A stretch of 64,000 nt of DNA from an uncultured Acidobacteriota bacterium (GTDB lineage: Bacteria > Acidobacteriota > Vicinamibacteria > Vicinamibacterales > 2-12-FULL-66-21): assembly GCA_963830815.1 (NCBI GenBank), contig CAWHNN010000001.1, forward strand, positions 7,715 through 71,714, written 5' to 3'. The position numbers and the translations under genes were made by a program. The notes under the pieces are model-generated. The model searched no databases and was not told where the DNA came from. It saw only the letters and a program-made list of their open reading frames with translations. Positions within the stretch are counted from its first letter, which is position 1; each line of letters begins with the position of its first letter. Positions 1 through 10,434 of this stretch are shown here, in pieces.

Positions 1-432
1 GCTGCGATCCCAGAGGTCGTCATTGCGGAAAACAGTCATCAAGCCATCGCACTTGCTGACCGCAAACGCCCGCTCGACGGTTGCCAGGTCGCATGTCAAC
101 AGCGAGTCACCGTATAAAACGAAGAACGCTTCGCCCAGGACCGGCAATGCGCGCTTCAGCGCTCCGCCCGTTCCGCGCAGCGGCTGTCCGTCAAAGACGT
201 ACTCAATCGCCAGCCGCCACCGATCGCCGTCGCCAACCGCTTCGCGAATCATCTCGCCACGATACGCGACGCAGAAAACCACGCGTTCGATGCCCTGGCT
301 CGCGAGCCAGTCGAGCTGATGTTCGACAAATGGCCGGCCAGCGACCTCGACGAGCGACTTCGGAATCGTCTCAGTCACCGGCCGCAGGCGCGTAGCCAGA
401 CCGCCGGCGAGGATGGCTACAGGCAGACTCAC
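1..432 (-). CDS. Sugar-phosphate nucleotidyltransferase (HddC-like), truncated by window edge
   Basis: Not in ORF track; read by hand from GTG at 432 (overlaps upstream TGA): MSLPVAILAGGLATRLRPVTETIPKSLVEVAGRPF, NTP-transferase motif. Confidence 0.85.
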   Translation of the reverse strand, partial: MSLPVAILAGGLATRLRPVTETIPKSLVEVAGRPFVEHQLDWLASQGIERVVFCVAYRGEMIREAVGDGDRWRLAIEYVFDGQPLRGTGGALKRALPVLGEAFFVLYGDSLLTCDLATVERAFAVSKCDGLMTVFRNDDLWDRS

Positions 433-1409
433 GAAAACAGCACCTTCGTTCCTTCGAAGTCGAACCGGAAACGGATTTCTTCGAGGCCTGCGGCCGACAT
501 CGCCGTTCTCAGGCGCCGATGATCTTCTGCGTAAAACATCAGGAAACCGCCGCCGCCGGCACCGACCAGCTTACCGCCGAGAGCGCCGTTGCGGCGCCCG
601 AGCTCATACCATTCGTCGATCTGCGGGTTGGTCACGCTCACCGTGCGCTGCTTCTTGTGCTCCCAGTGCTCATGCATCAGTTCGCCGAAGGCAGCGATGT
701 TCCCCGACTCGAGAGCGGTGCGACTGCGCATGCCGAGCTCCTTGACGTAGTGCAGGTTGCGCAGCATTTCGCCATCGTCGGCTCGCGTACGGTGATGTTG
801 GTCGGACAGGATGCTGCTGGCGCTGCGCGAGAAGCCCGTGAAGAACAGCAGGAGATTGTCCTCGAGGTTGAAGATCGCGTCCATCGGCACTTTGAGAGGC
901 TCGGCTTCGACTTTTCCATCCTTGTGGAACGTGAAACATGTCAGCCCGCCGTAGGCGGCGATGTACTGGTCCTGTTTTCCGATGGGCTCCTGAAGCCGCT
1001 CGATCTCGATTTCACAGGCGAGCTCCGCGAGCTCATTCGGGTGCAGGAGCCGGCGACGGTGGGCGTAGAGCGCCTTCAGCAAGGCAGTAGTAAAGCTTCC
1101 TGACGATCCGAGTCCGGTGCCGGCCGGGATATCCGCCAACGTGGTGATCTCGACTTGCGGTGTCCGAAATCCGAGCATCTTAATCGCCTCGCGGATGATC
1201 GGATGGTGAACTTCGTCGGCGTTGGTGACGTGTTCCAGCTTCGAGTACTTGAGGTAGATCCCGGTCGCGAACGGACGCATGACCGTCACGTAGACGTACT
1301 TGTCTATGGCGCCGGCAATGAGGAACCCGCCGTGCTCGCGGTAATAGGACGGCAGGTCCGTCCCACCGCCGCCAAGAGTGATTCGAAGCGGACTGCGTGT
1401 GATGATCAT
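429..1409 (-). CDS. hddA: GHMP-family sugar kinase, D-glycero-alpha-D-manno-heptose-7-phosphate kinase-like
   Basis: PLRITLGGGGTD, GTGLGSSG, GKQDQY, GAGGGGF motifs. Confidence 0.8.
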   Translation of the reverse strand: MIITRSPLRITLGGGGTDLPSYYREHGGFLIAGAIDKYVYVTVMRPFATGIYLKYSKLEHVTNADEVHHPIIREAIKMLGFRTPQVEITTLADIPAGTGLGSSGSFTTALLKALYAHRRRLLHPNELAELACEIEIERLQEPIGKQDQYIAAYGGLTCFTFHKDGKVEAEPLKVPMDAIFNLEDNLLLFFTGFSRSASSILSDQHHRTRADDGEMLRNLHYVKELGMRSRTALESGNIAAFGELMHEHWEHKKQRTVSVTNPQIDEWYELGRRNGALGGKLVGAGGGGFLMFYAEDHRRLRTAMSAAGLEEIRFRFDFEGTKVLFS

Positions 1410-2426
1410 CAGCGAGTAGCCGTATCAGTGGCTGCCGACACTCTGTTCGATTGCGCGTAGACTTCCTCAGCCACTTCGAGCGCGGCTCGTGCCGCGCCAA
1501 GGCCGGCCGAAGGGGTGCGAGCAAGTTTGATGTCGTCGAGGAATTCGGCAAATTCAAGCGACCAGGAACGGTCGCCGCCGGGATATTCGAAGATGGTCGT
1601 CTCGGGCGGTCCCATCTCGGGCAGCATCCGGTAGAAGGCTATCCGCTCGACGCCGTAGCTGCCACCCAGGCCGTCGATGGCCAACTTGCCGACGCGACCG
1701 TAAATTTCAAAAGAGAAGAGGTTCTTCCATTCGTGCAACTGACGTGCAGAAATGCCGTCTGCCCGACGGCCGTCCGCAGCGTCATGAACGCGTTGTCATC
1801 GACCGGCATATCCCAGAAATAGGTAGTAGCCACGCCGTGGATGCTGTGAACGACCAAGAAACCAGCCCGCCAGGTCGATGAGGTGAACGCCCTGATCGAT
1901 CAGCTCGCCGCCGCCCGACTTCTGTGGATCGGCGCGCCACTCACGGTCGTAGCCGACCCGACCGCCATGTCCATAGCGCCCTCTTACGAACATCAACGGT
2001 CCGAGTGCGCCTCGGTCCACGAGTTGCCTGGCCTCCTGGAAGGCCGGGTGATAGCGGTGATTGAACCCGACCCTTACGCGGCGGTCATGGCGTTCGGATG
2101 CCGCGATGAGCGGGTCGAGCTCTGCGACTGTGCGTGCCGCCGGCTTCTCGATAAGCACATGCTTGCCGGCTTCTATCGCGGCCAGCGCAATCGGAGCCAG
2201 CGAGTCGTTTGTCGTAGCCACGACGACGATATCCACACCGGGTGCTTTGAATCGCGTCTTCCCAACGATCCACAGCAACCGCATCAGCGTGTTCCTTCGC
2301 CAGGGCCTTGGCGCGGGCTGGCTCCATATCGGCGCAGGCCACCAGGTGAGCGCCGGCGAGGGCGGCGGCACGTTTGCGGCCGATCAGACCACAGCCAACG
2401 ATGGCGACGCCCAGAGGCGAATTCAG
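1409..2426 (-). CDS. Gfo/Idh/MocA family oxidoreductase (frameshifted in assembly)
   Basis: VAIVGCGLIGRKRA, EKP, VGFNHRY, GGGELIDQGVHLID spread over several frames; start approximate. Confidence 0.8.
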
Positions 2427-3298
2427 CGATCCCCCCACGTGAAGCCGCGGTCTTTGGGCACGATTCGGCGCAGGGTATAGACATCGCTGCGCTCGAGATC
2501 GTTGCGATGATCGGCGAGCTGTTCCCACGGATCCCAAACAGCGCTCAGGAGCCGGCCGGTCACGCCGTCGCTCGACGATGATCCGAGATACACGGCCAGG
2601 GCGGCTCCACGTTCCAGTGGCGTCCCCCCTTGTTCTTTGGTCTTGACCATTCGCTCGTGAAAATCTTGTCCGACTGCATCCGGGCCGGCGGCTATCACTT
2701 CTTCCAACATTCGAGTATTGAGCGCCCCGGGTGCAATGGCGTTCACGTCGATGTTGTAGGGACTGACTTCGAGCGCCAATGATTCCGCGAACCGAACGAT
2801 GGCGGCCTTCGACGCAGCGTAGGCGCTGATGCGTGGAAGAGGGTTGGTCGCGCCGCCGCCCGACAGTTGAACGATTTTTCCGTACTTGTGCTGTTTGAAA
2901 TGCGGAAGGAACGCCCGGCACGGCAGAACGGAGCCATAGACGTTAATCTCCATCGCCCGCATCCACGCCGCCCAATCGACATCTTCGCTTGGGCCGAGAG
3001 GACCGTAGATTCCAGCATTGTTCACGAGGACGTGGACCTGCGGAAACACCTGCAGCGCCTTCGCGGCCACGCGTGACACATCCGTCGGATTTGAGACATC
3101 TGCGCCGACTGCCTCGACGATCTGATCTGACGCAGCCTTCGACGCAAGTGTCCGCCGGACCTCTTCGAGCAGAGCTTCATCGCGGGCGCAGAGGAGAACG
3201 TTGGCGCCGGCCGCAAGGTAGGCCTCAGCAATGGCAAGACCAAGTCCACGGTTGGCGCCCGTGATGACGGCATTGCGACCTAGAAGTGGCTGGCTCAT
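2423..3298 (-). CDS. SDR family NAD(P)-dependent oxidoreductase
   Basis: TGANRGLG, NNAG, YAASK motifs. Confidence 0.9.
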   Translation of the reverse strand: MSQPLLGRNAVITGANRGLGLAIAEAYLAAGANVLLCARDEALLEEVRRTLASKAASDQIVEAVGADVSNPTDVSRVAAKALQVFPQVHVLVNNAGIYGPLGPSEDVDWAAWMRAMEINVYGSVLPCRAFLPHFKQHKYGKIVQLSGGGATNPLPRISAYAASKAAIVRFAESLALEVSPYNIDVNAIAPGALNTRMLEEVIAAGPDAVGQDFHERMVKTKEQGGTPLERGAALAVYLGSSSSDGVTGRLLSAVWDPWEQLADHRNDLERSDVYTLRRIVPKDRGFTWGDR

Positions 3299-4587
3299 GA
3301 CTGCGGCTGTCCCACGGCGACGAAACGAAACCGGTGATCGCTTCCCAAGGTGGCACCCAGGAATCCATTCGCGTCGAGGACGAGCAACTGCGGAGCGACG
3401 TTGGCCAGCCGATCGATATCGACGTTGCGGTAGGTGGGCCAGGCCGTTGCCAGAACGAGGGCACGCGCTCCGGCAGCGGCGGCGACAGGATCGTCGTGGC
3501 GCGTCACCATGAGGTCTTCAGGTGTCGACGTTGCGGCCGGGTCATGAACATGGACCGAGGCGCCCTGACTCCCGAGCCAGCGACAGAGCTCTACGGAGTC
3601 GGACCTCCGAAGCGTGTCGGTGCCGGGCTTGTACGTAAGGCCCCAGACCGCGATCTTCGTTCCAGCCAGGTCGCCAAGGTCCGATTCGAGCCACCGCCGG
3701 GCCCACATCCGGTGCGCGGCGTTGCTGGCGACGACGCCATCCATCAGCGGCGTGGGCCGACCGACACTCGTTCCGAGCGTGCGAAGAAACGCGACATCCC
3801 GCGCCAGGGTTCCTCCGGCAAAGGCGCCGCCCGGGGACAGGTAGGCGTGGGGCCCGATGCGCCGCTCGGTTTTGAGGCCACGTTCGACCTCCTTCGCGTC
3901 GGCTCCGGTCCGCTCGCAGAGTGCCGCCAGCTCGTTGATGAAGGTGACCGATGTTGCAAGAAAGCTGTTCACGGCGTGCTTGGTCATCTCAGCCGACTCG
4001 ACCGACATCCACTCGATGCGATCCGTGATCGGTTCCAGCAACGCCGCGACGGTCGCGCGGGCGTGCTCGTCTCGGATGCCGACGACTACACGATCCGGTT
4101 TTGTGAACACCTCGATTGCCTTGCCGAGCCGGAGATTCTCTGGCGAACAGGCGAATGACACAGTGCGGCCCTCGGCGGTATCGTTCCACGCCTGTTCCAG
4201 TTTTCCGAGAGTCCCGATGGGCAATTGAGAAGAGCAGAGCACGACGCAGCCGTCAGCCAGGTCAGGGAACATCGCCCGAACCTGTCCTTCGACATACGAA
4301 ACATCCGCGACGTCGTCCTCGTCGACCGGTGTGTCGAAGGTCACCCACACGACCTCCGCATCGCGAATCGCGCGCGACTGATTCGACGTGAACTCCAGCG
4401 CTCCCGAACGAAGCCCGTCGGCGATCAACTCGGGAAGTCCCGGTTCGGCGATGGGTGGCCGCCCGGCCGCCAGCGCCGCAACTGTCGCCTCATTCGGGTC
4501 GAATGCCTTCACCGAGTGTCCTGCCGCAGCCATGCACGCGGCGGTAACCGATCCGAGGTGCCAGAGTCCTGCCACCGCGACTCTCAA
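3295..4587 (-). CDS. UDP-glucose/GDP-mannose dehydrogenase family protein
   Basis: GLWHLG Rossmann, SPENLRLG, AEMTKHAVN, GLTYKPGTDTLRRS. Confidence 0.85.
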   Translation of the reverse strand: MRVAVAGLWHLGSVTAACMAAAGHSVKAFDPNEATVAALAAGRPPIAEPGLPELIADGLRSGALEFTSNQSRAIRDAEVVWVTFDTPVDEDDVADVSYVEGQVRAMFPDLADGCVVLCSSQLPIGTLGKLEQAWNDTAEGRTVSFACSPENLRLGKAIEVFTKPDRVVVGIRDEHARATVAALLEPITDRIEWMSVESAEMTKHAVNSFLATSVTFINELAALCERTGADAKEVERGLKTERRIGPHAYLSPGGAFAGGTLARDVAFLRTLGTSVGRPTPLMDGVVASNAAHRMWARRWLESDLGDLAGTKIAVWGLTYKPGTDTLRRSDSVELCRWLGSQGASVHVHDPAATSTPEDLMVTRHDDPVAAAAGARALVLATAWPTYRNVDIDRLANVAPQLLVLDANGFLGATLGSDHRFRFVAVGQPQS

Positions 4588-5543
4588 GCGCGGGCCTCGA
4601 ACACTTCAGGATTGGCCTGCAGGTAGTCGACCGTCCGCAGCACGGCTTCACGAATCGAGAGTTTTGGAGTCCAGCCGAGGGCGCGTATGCGTGTGGTGTC
4701 GAGGTAGATGAACGGATTGTCCCCAATCCAGCCGCGGTCGCCCCCCGTGTAATCCAGTCGCGGGGCGACACGCCAAGTCGACCAGTTATCCAGCCGATTG
4801 ACTCGTTCAGGACGCAGAACTCGTCGGTGCCAAGATTGAATACGTTGATCTTTCCGGTTGCGCGCGTCCATGGCCAGCAGGATCGCATCCAGGCAGTCCT
4901 GGATGTAGAGGTACGATTTCCGCTGCCGGCCGTCCCCGAGTACCCGCAGGCGGCTGGGATCTGCGCTCAGGCTCTTGGAAAAATCAAACACGTGGCCGTG
5001 CGTGTAGCGTTCGCCCAGGATCGATACGAAGCGGAAAATCCAGGCGTGAAATCCAAACCCCTCACAGTACGCCTGGATCAATCCTTCGCCCGCGAGCTTT
5101 GACGCGCCGTAGAGGGACGTCTGTATCGGGAAAGGCGCATCTTCCGGTGTCGGGACGACTGGCGCCTCGCCATAGATGGAACCTGTTGATGAAAACGCCA
5201 CGCGCCGGACGCCGTTGGAGCGCATCGCCTCCAGGACGTTGAACGTCGCAATCGTGTTTTGCTCGAGGTCCTTCCGCGGGTGTTCGGTGCCGAACCTGAC
5301 GTCCGCATTCGCCGCCAGATGGAAAACCGTATCGGCGCCACGCATGGCACTCGTCAACTCGGCCAGGTCAAGAGTGTCGCCACGGCAGAGACTGAATTTC
5401 TCGTGAGCAGAAGCGGCGTGCAAGAATCGTTCTTGGCCTGTCGAGAAGTTATCGTAGGCGACGACGGTGTGGCCGTCATGAAGGAGTCGATCTACCAAGG
5501 TACTGCCGATGAATCCGGCCCCACCAGTCACAAATGCGCGCAT
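4584..5543 (-). CDS. NAD-dependent epimerase/dehydratase
   Basis: TGGAGFIGS, YGASK; short compensated frameshift near C-terminus. Confidence 0.9.
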   Translation of the reverse strand: MRAFVTGGAGFIGSTLVDRLLHDGHTVVAYDNFSTGQERFLHAASAHEKFSLCRGDTLDLAELTSAMRGADTVFHLAANADVRFGTEHPRKDLEQNTIATFNVLEAMRSNGVRRVAFSSTGSIYGEAPVVPTPEDAPFPIQTSLYGASKLAGEGLIQAYCEGFGFHAWIFRFVSILGERYTHGHVFDFSKSLSADPSRLRVLGDGRQRKSYLYIQDCLDAILLAMDARNRKDQRIQSWHRRVLRPERVNRLDNWSTWRVAPRLDYTGGDRGWIGDNPFIYLDTTRIRALGWTPKLSIREAVLRTVDYLQANPEVFEARA

Positions 5544-5689
5544 CAGAGTCCTAGCGTTTTGGCAAGAATCGTATCATGCTCAGTTCCGGCCGTTCGGGCG
5601 TCGGCGTCGTGTTTGGTGTAGACCCCGGGCGAATCCTGCAGATGAGTATTTGCTGGCCGAAAACCTTGCGATAAACTCAAGCGATCATC

Positions 5690-6655
5690 ATGAGCAAACG
5701 CGCCCTCATTAGCGGCATCACCGGACAAGACGGCTCATACCTCGCCGAGTTGCTCCTCGAAAAAGGCTACGAAGTTCACGGCATCGTTCGCCGCGCCAGC
5801 ACGACCAACTACTGGCGAATCGAGCACCTGCTCGACCGGATCCAGCTGAGGCCGGCCGATCTGCTCGACCAACTCTCCCTCATCCGGGTCATCGACGACG
5901 TCAAGCCGCACGAGTTCTACAACCTCGCGGCGATGTCCTTCGTGCCCGCCTCCTGGGATCAGCCCATGCTGACAGGGGACTACAACGCGCAGGGCGTCAC
6001 CCGCGTCCTCGAGGCGGTCCGGCAGGTCGATTCCTCGATTCGCCTCTATCAGGCCTCGTCGAGCGAGATGTACGGCAAAGTCAGGGAAGTCCCGCAGACC
6101 GAACTGACGCCGTTTTATCCGCGAAGCCCGTACGGCGTCTCGAAGGTCTACGCGCACTACATCACGGTCAACTACCGCGAGAGCTACAACCTGTTCGCGG
6201 TCTCGGGCATCCTCTTCAACCACGAATCGCCACGCCGCGGGCTGGAGTTCGTGACGCGCAAGGTCACCGACGGCGTTGCCCGCATCAAGCTGGGGCTCGC
6301 CGACTCGTTGAGCCTGGGCAACCTCGACGCCAAGCGCGACTGGGGTTTTGCTGGTGACTACGTGCGGGCGATGTGGCTCATGCTGCAGCAGGACACCGCA
6401 GACGACTACGTGATTTCGACGGGCGAGAGCCATTCGGTACAGGATCTCGTCGAGCTGGCGTTCGGGCACGCCGGGCTGGAGTGGAAGAAGTACGTTCGCA
6501 CCGACCCGAAATTCCTCCGGCCGGCGGAGGTCGATCACCTGATTGGCGATTCGAGCAAGGCGCAGGCGGCCCTGGGCTGGAAGCCTGAGGTCGACTTCAA
6601 GGGGCTGGTCACCATGATGGTCGACGCCGACGTGGCGCGACTGTCGCGCGCCTAA
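5690..6655 (+). CDS. gmd: GDP-mannose 4,6-dehydratase
   Basis: [35 protein letters not shown]. Confidence 0.95.
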   Translation: MSKRALISGITGQDGSYLAELLLEKGYEVHGIVRRASTTNYWRIEHLLDRIQLRPADLLDQLSLIRVIDDVKPHEFYNLAAMSFVPASWDQPMLTGDYNAQGVTRVLEAVRQVDSSIRLYQASSSEMYGKVREVPQTELTPFYPRSPYGVSKVYAHYITVNYRESYNLFAVSGILFNHESPRRGLEFVTRKVTDGVARIKLGLADSLSLGNLDAKRDWGFAGDYVRAMWLMLQQDTADDYVISTGESHSVQDLVELAFGHAGLEWKKYVRTDPKFLRPAEVDHLIGDSSKAQAALGWKPEVDFKGLVTMMVDADVARLSRA

Positions 6656-8448
6656 CGTTCTCTGCGGATAACGGTCGGAACGCCGCGCACCTCGTCGATC
6701 GAGAAGCGCATGCGGTGCAGCGTGACCCCGTGGTCGTGCGCTCGCTTCAACAGGTCCTCGAGTTGCCCCGCTTCGATGTCGCGAATCGCGATGAGCAGCT
6801 CCGAGACCTGATGCCGGCTGATGAGCGCGCCGAGGCTGGTGATTGCCCCGAGCACCGGAATGCCGTCGATGAGGAGATTCTGCTTGCGGGCGTCATCGTC
6901 GATGAAGCCAATCGGCAGAATGCCGATGTCGCGGTTCTGGAGCAGCTCACGAACGAGTAGCGAACCGCCGCGTCCGGCGCCATAGATCAGCGCCGGTTTT
7001 CCAACGGCCCGGCGCTTTCTCAGGTAGACGTCGATGCTGCTGGTTGCGCCGCGCGACGCGACAAGCAGGCAGAAGGCGATCACCGCATCGAGCGCGAAGA
7101 CGCCGCGCGAGAATCCTTCGAGCCTGTACAGGACGACTACCAGCATCACGGAAGCGGTCACGCCAAAGGCGACGCCCTTCACCAGCGTCCCGAGCTCCGG
7201 CGTCGTCAGGGTCTGCCACACCTGGCGATATTTTCCCGCCGCATAGAGACCCGCAATCTGCGCTCCGACCACCACGGGCACCGACCGCACGAACGGCGGA
7301 AAGAATGTCGAGACGTCGTCTCCCTGGAAACGCAGGCGAAATGCGGCGTAGTACGCAAGGGTCAACAAGCCGATGTCGAGCATCAACTCGAGAATCCGCC
7401 GGCGATAGGCAATCTCGGAAACGAGCGGCGCGTCCCCGATCGCAGTTCGGGCCGGAGCGTGGCTGACGTGCCCCAGCACCACGGCGACGACGGCAAGAAT
7501 CAGGAAATAGAAGGCGACAAGCGCGATCACTGAGCTGAAGTGTAGTCGTTGCAGAGCGATCGCGAGCAAGCCTCCGAACGCTGCCAACGCATATAGGGTA
7601 ATGACGGCGACACGCTCGGAGGCGCCGAGTGTCACGAGCCGATGCGACGTGTGATCGCGTCCGCCAACCATGGCTCGACGACCGGACAGGCGCCGGGTCA
7701 GCGTGACGAATGCGGTGTCGAAGATCGGAACGAGAAGGATGAAGATGGGGAAGATTGCCGCCGGCACGAGGCGCCCCTTCATGCCAGGCGTGGCGAGCAG
7801 GCTGGCCGTGGCGAGGAACACGCCGAGCAGATGGCTGCCTCCATCGCCCATGAAGATCGAGGCCGGAGGAAAGTTGTAGACCAGGAACCCCAATACCGCG
7901 CCGACGAACGCCGCGATGCTAAGCGTCAGCGGCGTACCGCCGTAGGGAAGCAGGAGCGTCAGGTAGCACAGCCCGGCAAGCGCGGCGACGCCCGCGGCGA
8001 GGCCGTCCATGTTGTCGAGCAGATTGAAGGCGTTCGTGATCGCAATAATCCAGATGAACGCGAGAAGCTGATCGATCACGGGCCAGCCCGTGATCGATAG
8101 TGGCGCGATCAAGGACACGATCACTCCGGCAACAACCATCTGGCCGACGAGCTTCGTGCCCGGCGCGATGGCGCGCACATCGTCGGCGAGCCCCAGGATG
8201 AACATGAGGACGGTTCCGACGACGAGTGGAGTAAGGGATGGCTCAGCGAACCAGACGGCTATCCCCAGGAAGAAGGCAGCGGCGATCGCGGCTCCGCCGA
8301 GCAGCGGCACCGATCGTTGGTTCCACCGATCGCTCACTGGAACCGCGACGAAACGCGACCGCCTTGCGACTGCTCTTACAAGCGGAGTGACGACCAGGGA
8401 AGCGACAAAGCTGAGGACGAACGCGGTCAGGTGAGGAGCTAGCGGCAC
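6652..8448 (-). CDS. WecA/MraY-family phosphoglycosyltransferase with C-terminal TM plus Rossmann-like domain
   Basis: [31 protein letters not shown]; C-terminal [10 protein letters not shown]...GFIDDD. Confidence 0.85.
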   Translation of the reverse strand: MPLAPHLTAFVLSFVASLVVTPLVRAVARRSRFVAVPVSDRWNQRSVPLLGGAAIAAAFFLGIAVWFAEPSLTPLVVGTVLMFILGLADDVRAIAPGTKLVGQMVVAGVIVSLIAPLSITGWPVIDQLLAFIWIIAITNAFNLLDNMDGLAAGVAALAGLCYLTLLLPYGGTPLTLSIAAFVGAVLGFLVYNFPPASIFMGDGGSHLLGVFLATASLLATPGMKGRLVPAAIFPIFILLVPIFDTAFVTLTRRLSGRRAMVGGRDHTSHRLVTLGASERVAVITLYALAAFGGLLAIALQRLHFSSVIALVAFYFLILAVVAVVLGHVSHAPARTAIGDAPLVSEIAYRRRILELMLDIGLLTLAYYAAFRLRFQGDDVSTFFPPFVRSVPVVVGAQIAGLYAAGKYRQVWQTLTTPELGTLVKGVAFGVTASVMLVVVLYRLEGFSRGVFALDAVIAFCLLVASRGATSSIDVYLRKRRAVGKPALIYGAGRGGSLLVRELLQNRDIGILPIGFIDDDARKQNLLIDGIPVLGAITSLGALISRHQVSELLIAIRDIEAGQLEDLLKRAHDHGVTLHRMRFSIDEVRGVPTVIRRER

Positions 8449-8480
8449 AGTGGCTGTTGCTCAGAGAGAATACACCATCC

Positions 8481-10367
8481 TCACCGCACCTGGACCTTCC
8501 CGATCATCAGGACTGGTGTCCCATCAGTTGGCACGTCGGATACGCGAAACTCCAACCGGTGGAAGCGCAGGCCCGCCTGACCCTGCGGTAGCAGTAGCCG
8601 AAGGTCGAGCCAGCGATCAGAGCGGACTTGCACCTCGTCGGCCCGACGGCCATCGAGCCAGAGTTCGACTTTCACCTCGCTCGATGGACGAACGGTGCGT
8701 AGTGGGACTGTGCACGTGCTGTAACCCGATGGAACGAACACGCTGCTCGTCGATCCAGCTCTGCGGTAGCGAACGCCGTCGAGGTCGTCCTGCCAGTTCG
8801 ACACGCCGATGCCGCGGTGCTCGAGGTTGAAGTCCGCCCGGTCGCGGGTCACCCGCACCGGAATCGATACCGCGATCACCGCAATAACTCCCCCGACGAC
8901 CCACTGCACAGTGCGTCGAGGAGCGGGCGGAGATGGCACATCCCATCCGCACGCAGTGCCGAGCAGTATCCAGAACGCAAACGCCGGTTCATCGATGAGA
9001 AGGGGATGGCCTCCGAGCCAGGAGATTGCAAAGGCGAGCAGTCCGACGACGATGCCCCAGCGCACCGGATCATCTGGAGCGGCTCGAATGAGACGCGCGC
9101 ACGAGCGCGCTGCTGTGATTAGCAGCCAGCCGACGGCGGTGAATCCCACCAGTCCGAGCTCGGCGAGGATCTGCATGAAGTTGTTGTGCGCGTTCTCGTG
9201 TATCGCCGGCGGAAAGAGCTCGAGCAGTCGCGGCGAGCTGAACTCACCAGAGCGCGAATAGTACCGGCCGATGCCGGCGCCAAAGAGCGGCTCCGCAGAC
9301 AGGATGCGGAAGCTCGTGCGCGCGAGCTCCCAGCGTACTTCCAGCGCCGTCGAGGGGGCCTGCTGGTTCCCGCGTTCGGGTAGAAGGCGCACCAGGACAA
9401 CGGCCATCACGACGAGGAGAACTCCGGCTGCGACGCCAGCCGTGCGCCGCATGCGCACGCCAGAGATCCGTCCGGCCACGATAGCTGCCGGCAGCATCAT
9501 TGCCACGAGCCCGGCGACGAAGGCAGCGCGCGATCCCGCGATCCACAGCCCGGCGACGATGACGACGGCCGCGAGAATCCAGCGCCGGCCATAGCGCCAC
9601 GCCATGCCGGCGGCGGGGCAGAGCGCCATGACGAAATAGGAACCCGCGGCGTTGAGGTCGCCGTAATGCGCGTTGAATCGTTGCGTGAGAAGGTAGCGAC
9701 CAAAAACCGCCACCGGCGAGCTCAGGCGAAGAGCGCCCTCCCACAACCGTGCGATGTTGAGGGCAGCGGCCGCAGCGGCGCCGAAGACGAACGACTTCAC
9801 GAGCATCGGTGCGAGCGCCAAATCGCCTCGCACCAGGCTGGACACGGCTCTAAAGAGAACCAGCGACTCGAGGAGCCGCATGGCCGCATCCACGGGCTCT
9901 CCGGTTGCAGTAATCCGCAAATACTCGCCCGCGAGGAGCTGCGAGAGGGTGGCCTGAACCGACGCGGTCCCGAAACGCCAGCTGTCGACGAGCAGCTGCA
10001 CGACGAGCGACGCTAGAACTACCGCCGCGCACAACACAATTGGCGTTCCGAGATTGTCTCGGCTGCTGCGTGGCGAAACCGTCTCTCTCGCGCAGTAGCC
10101 GGCAGTGAACGCCAGGACCAACGCCTCAGCCCAGGCGATCTCGCCATTCACGCGTCGCCCGAGCCACGCGGCAACGGGAAGAACGGTGGTGAGGATCAGA
10201 AGTGCAGTCGCCGGCTGCCATGCTGCAAATCCGGCAAACACGACGAGCGCACCCAGCGCCGCGTAGGGAAACGAGCCAAGCCCGGCGAGTGAAAGGAGAA
10301 GACCAAAGAAGAGGAGCGAGACGAGCGCCGCGCCGATTCGGCGCGCAATAGTGCCTGACGTCGTCAC
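8481..10367 (-). CDS. O-antigen ligase/Wzy_C family membrane protein with C-terminal soluble domain
   Basis: Multiple TM segments, GSRAA, PLFGAGIG, ENAHNNFMQILAELGLVG; GTG start at 10367 inferred. Confidence 0.8.
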   Translation of the reverse strand: MTTSGTIARRIGAALVSLLFFGLLLSLAGLGSFPYAALGALVVFAGFAAWQPATALLILTTVLPVAAWLGRRVNGEIAWAEALVLAFTAGYCARETVSPRSSRDNLGTPIVLCAAVVLASLVVQLLVDSWRFGTASVQATLSQLLAGEYLRITATGEPVDAAMRLLESLVLFRAVSSLVRGDLALAPMLVKSFVFGAAAAAALNIARLWEGALRLSSPVAVFGRYLLTQRFNAHYGDLNAAGSYFVMALCPAAGMAWRYGRRWILAAVVIVAGLWIAGSRAAFVAGLVAMMLPAAIVAGRISGVRMRRTAGVAAGVLLVVMAVVLVRLLPERGNQQAPSTALEVRWELARTSFRILSAEPLFGAGIGRYYSRSGEFSSPRLLELFPPAIHENAHNNFMQILAELGLVGFTAVGWLLITAARSCARLIRAAPDDPVRWGIVVGLLAFAISWLGGHPLLIDEPAFAFWILLGTACGWDVPSPPAPRRTVQWVVGGVIAVIAVSIPVRVTRDRADFNLEHRGIGVSNWQDDLDGVRYRRAGSTSSVFVPSGYSTCTVPLRTVRPSSEVKVELWLDGRRADEVQVRSDRWLDLRLLLPQGQAGLRFHRLEFRVSDVPTDGTPVLMIGKVQVR

Positions 10368-10434
10368 TGACAGATGATAACTGACGGCGTGCGAATCGCG
10401 CTCGTCAGAGGTGGCCGAGATATGATGGCGGCAC

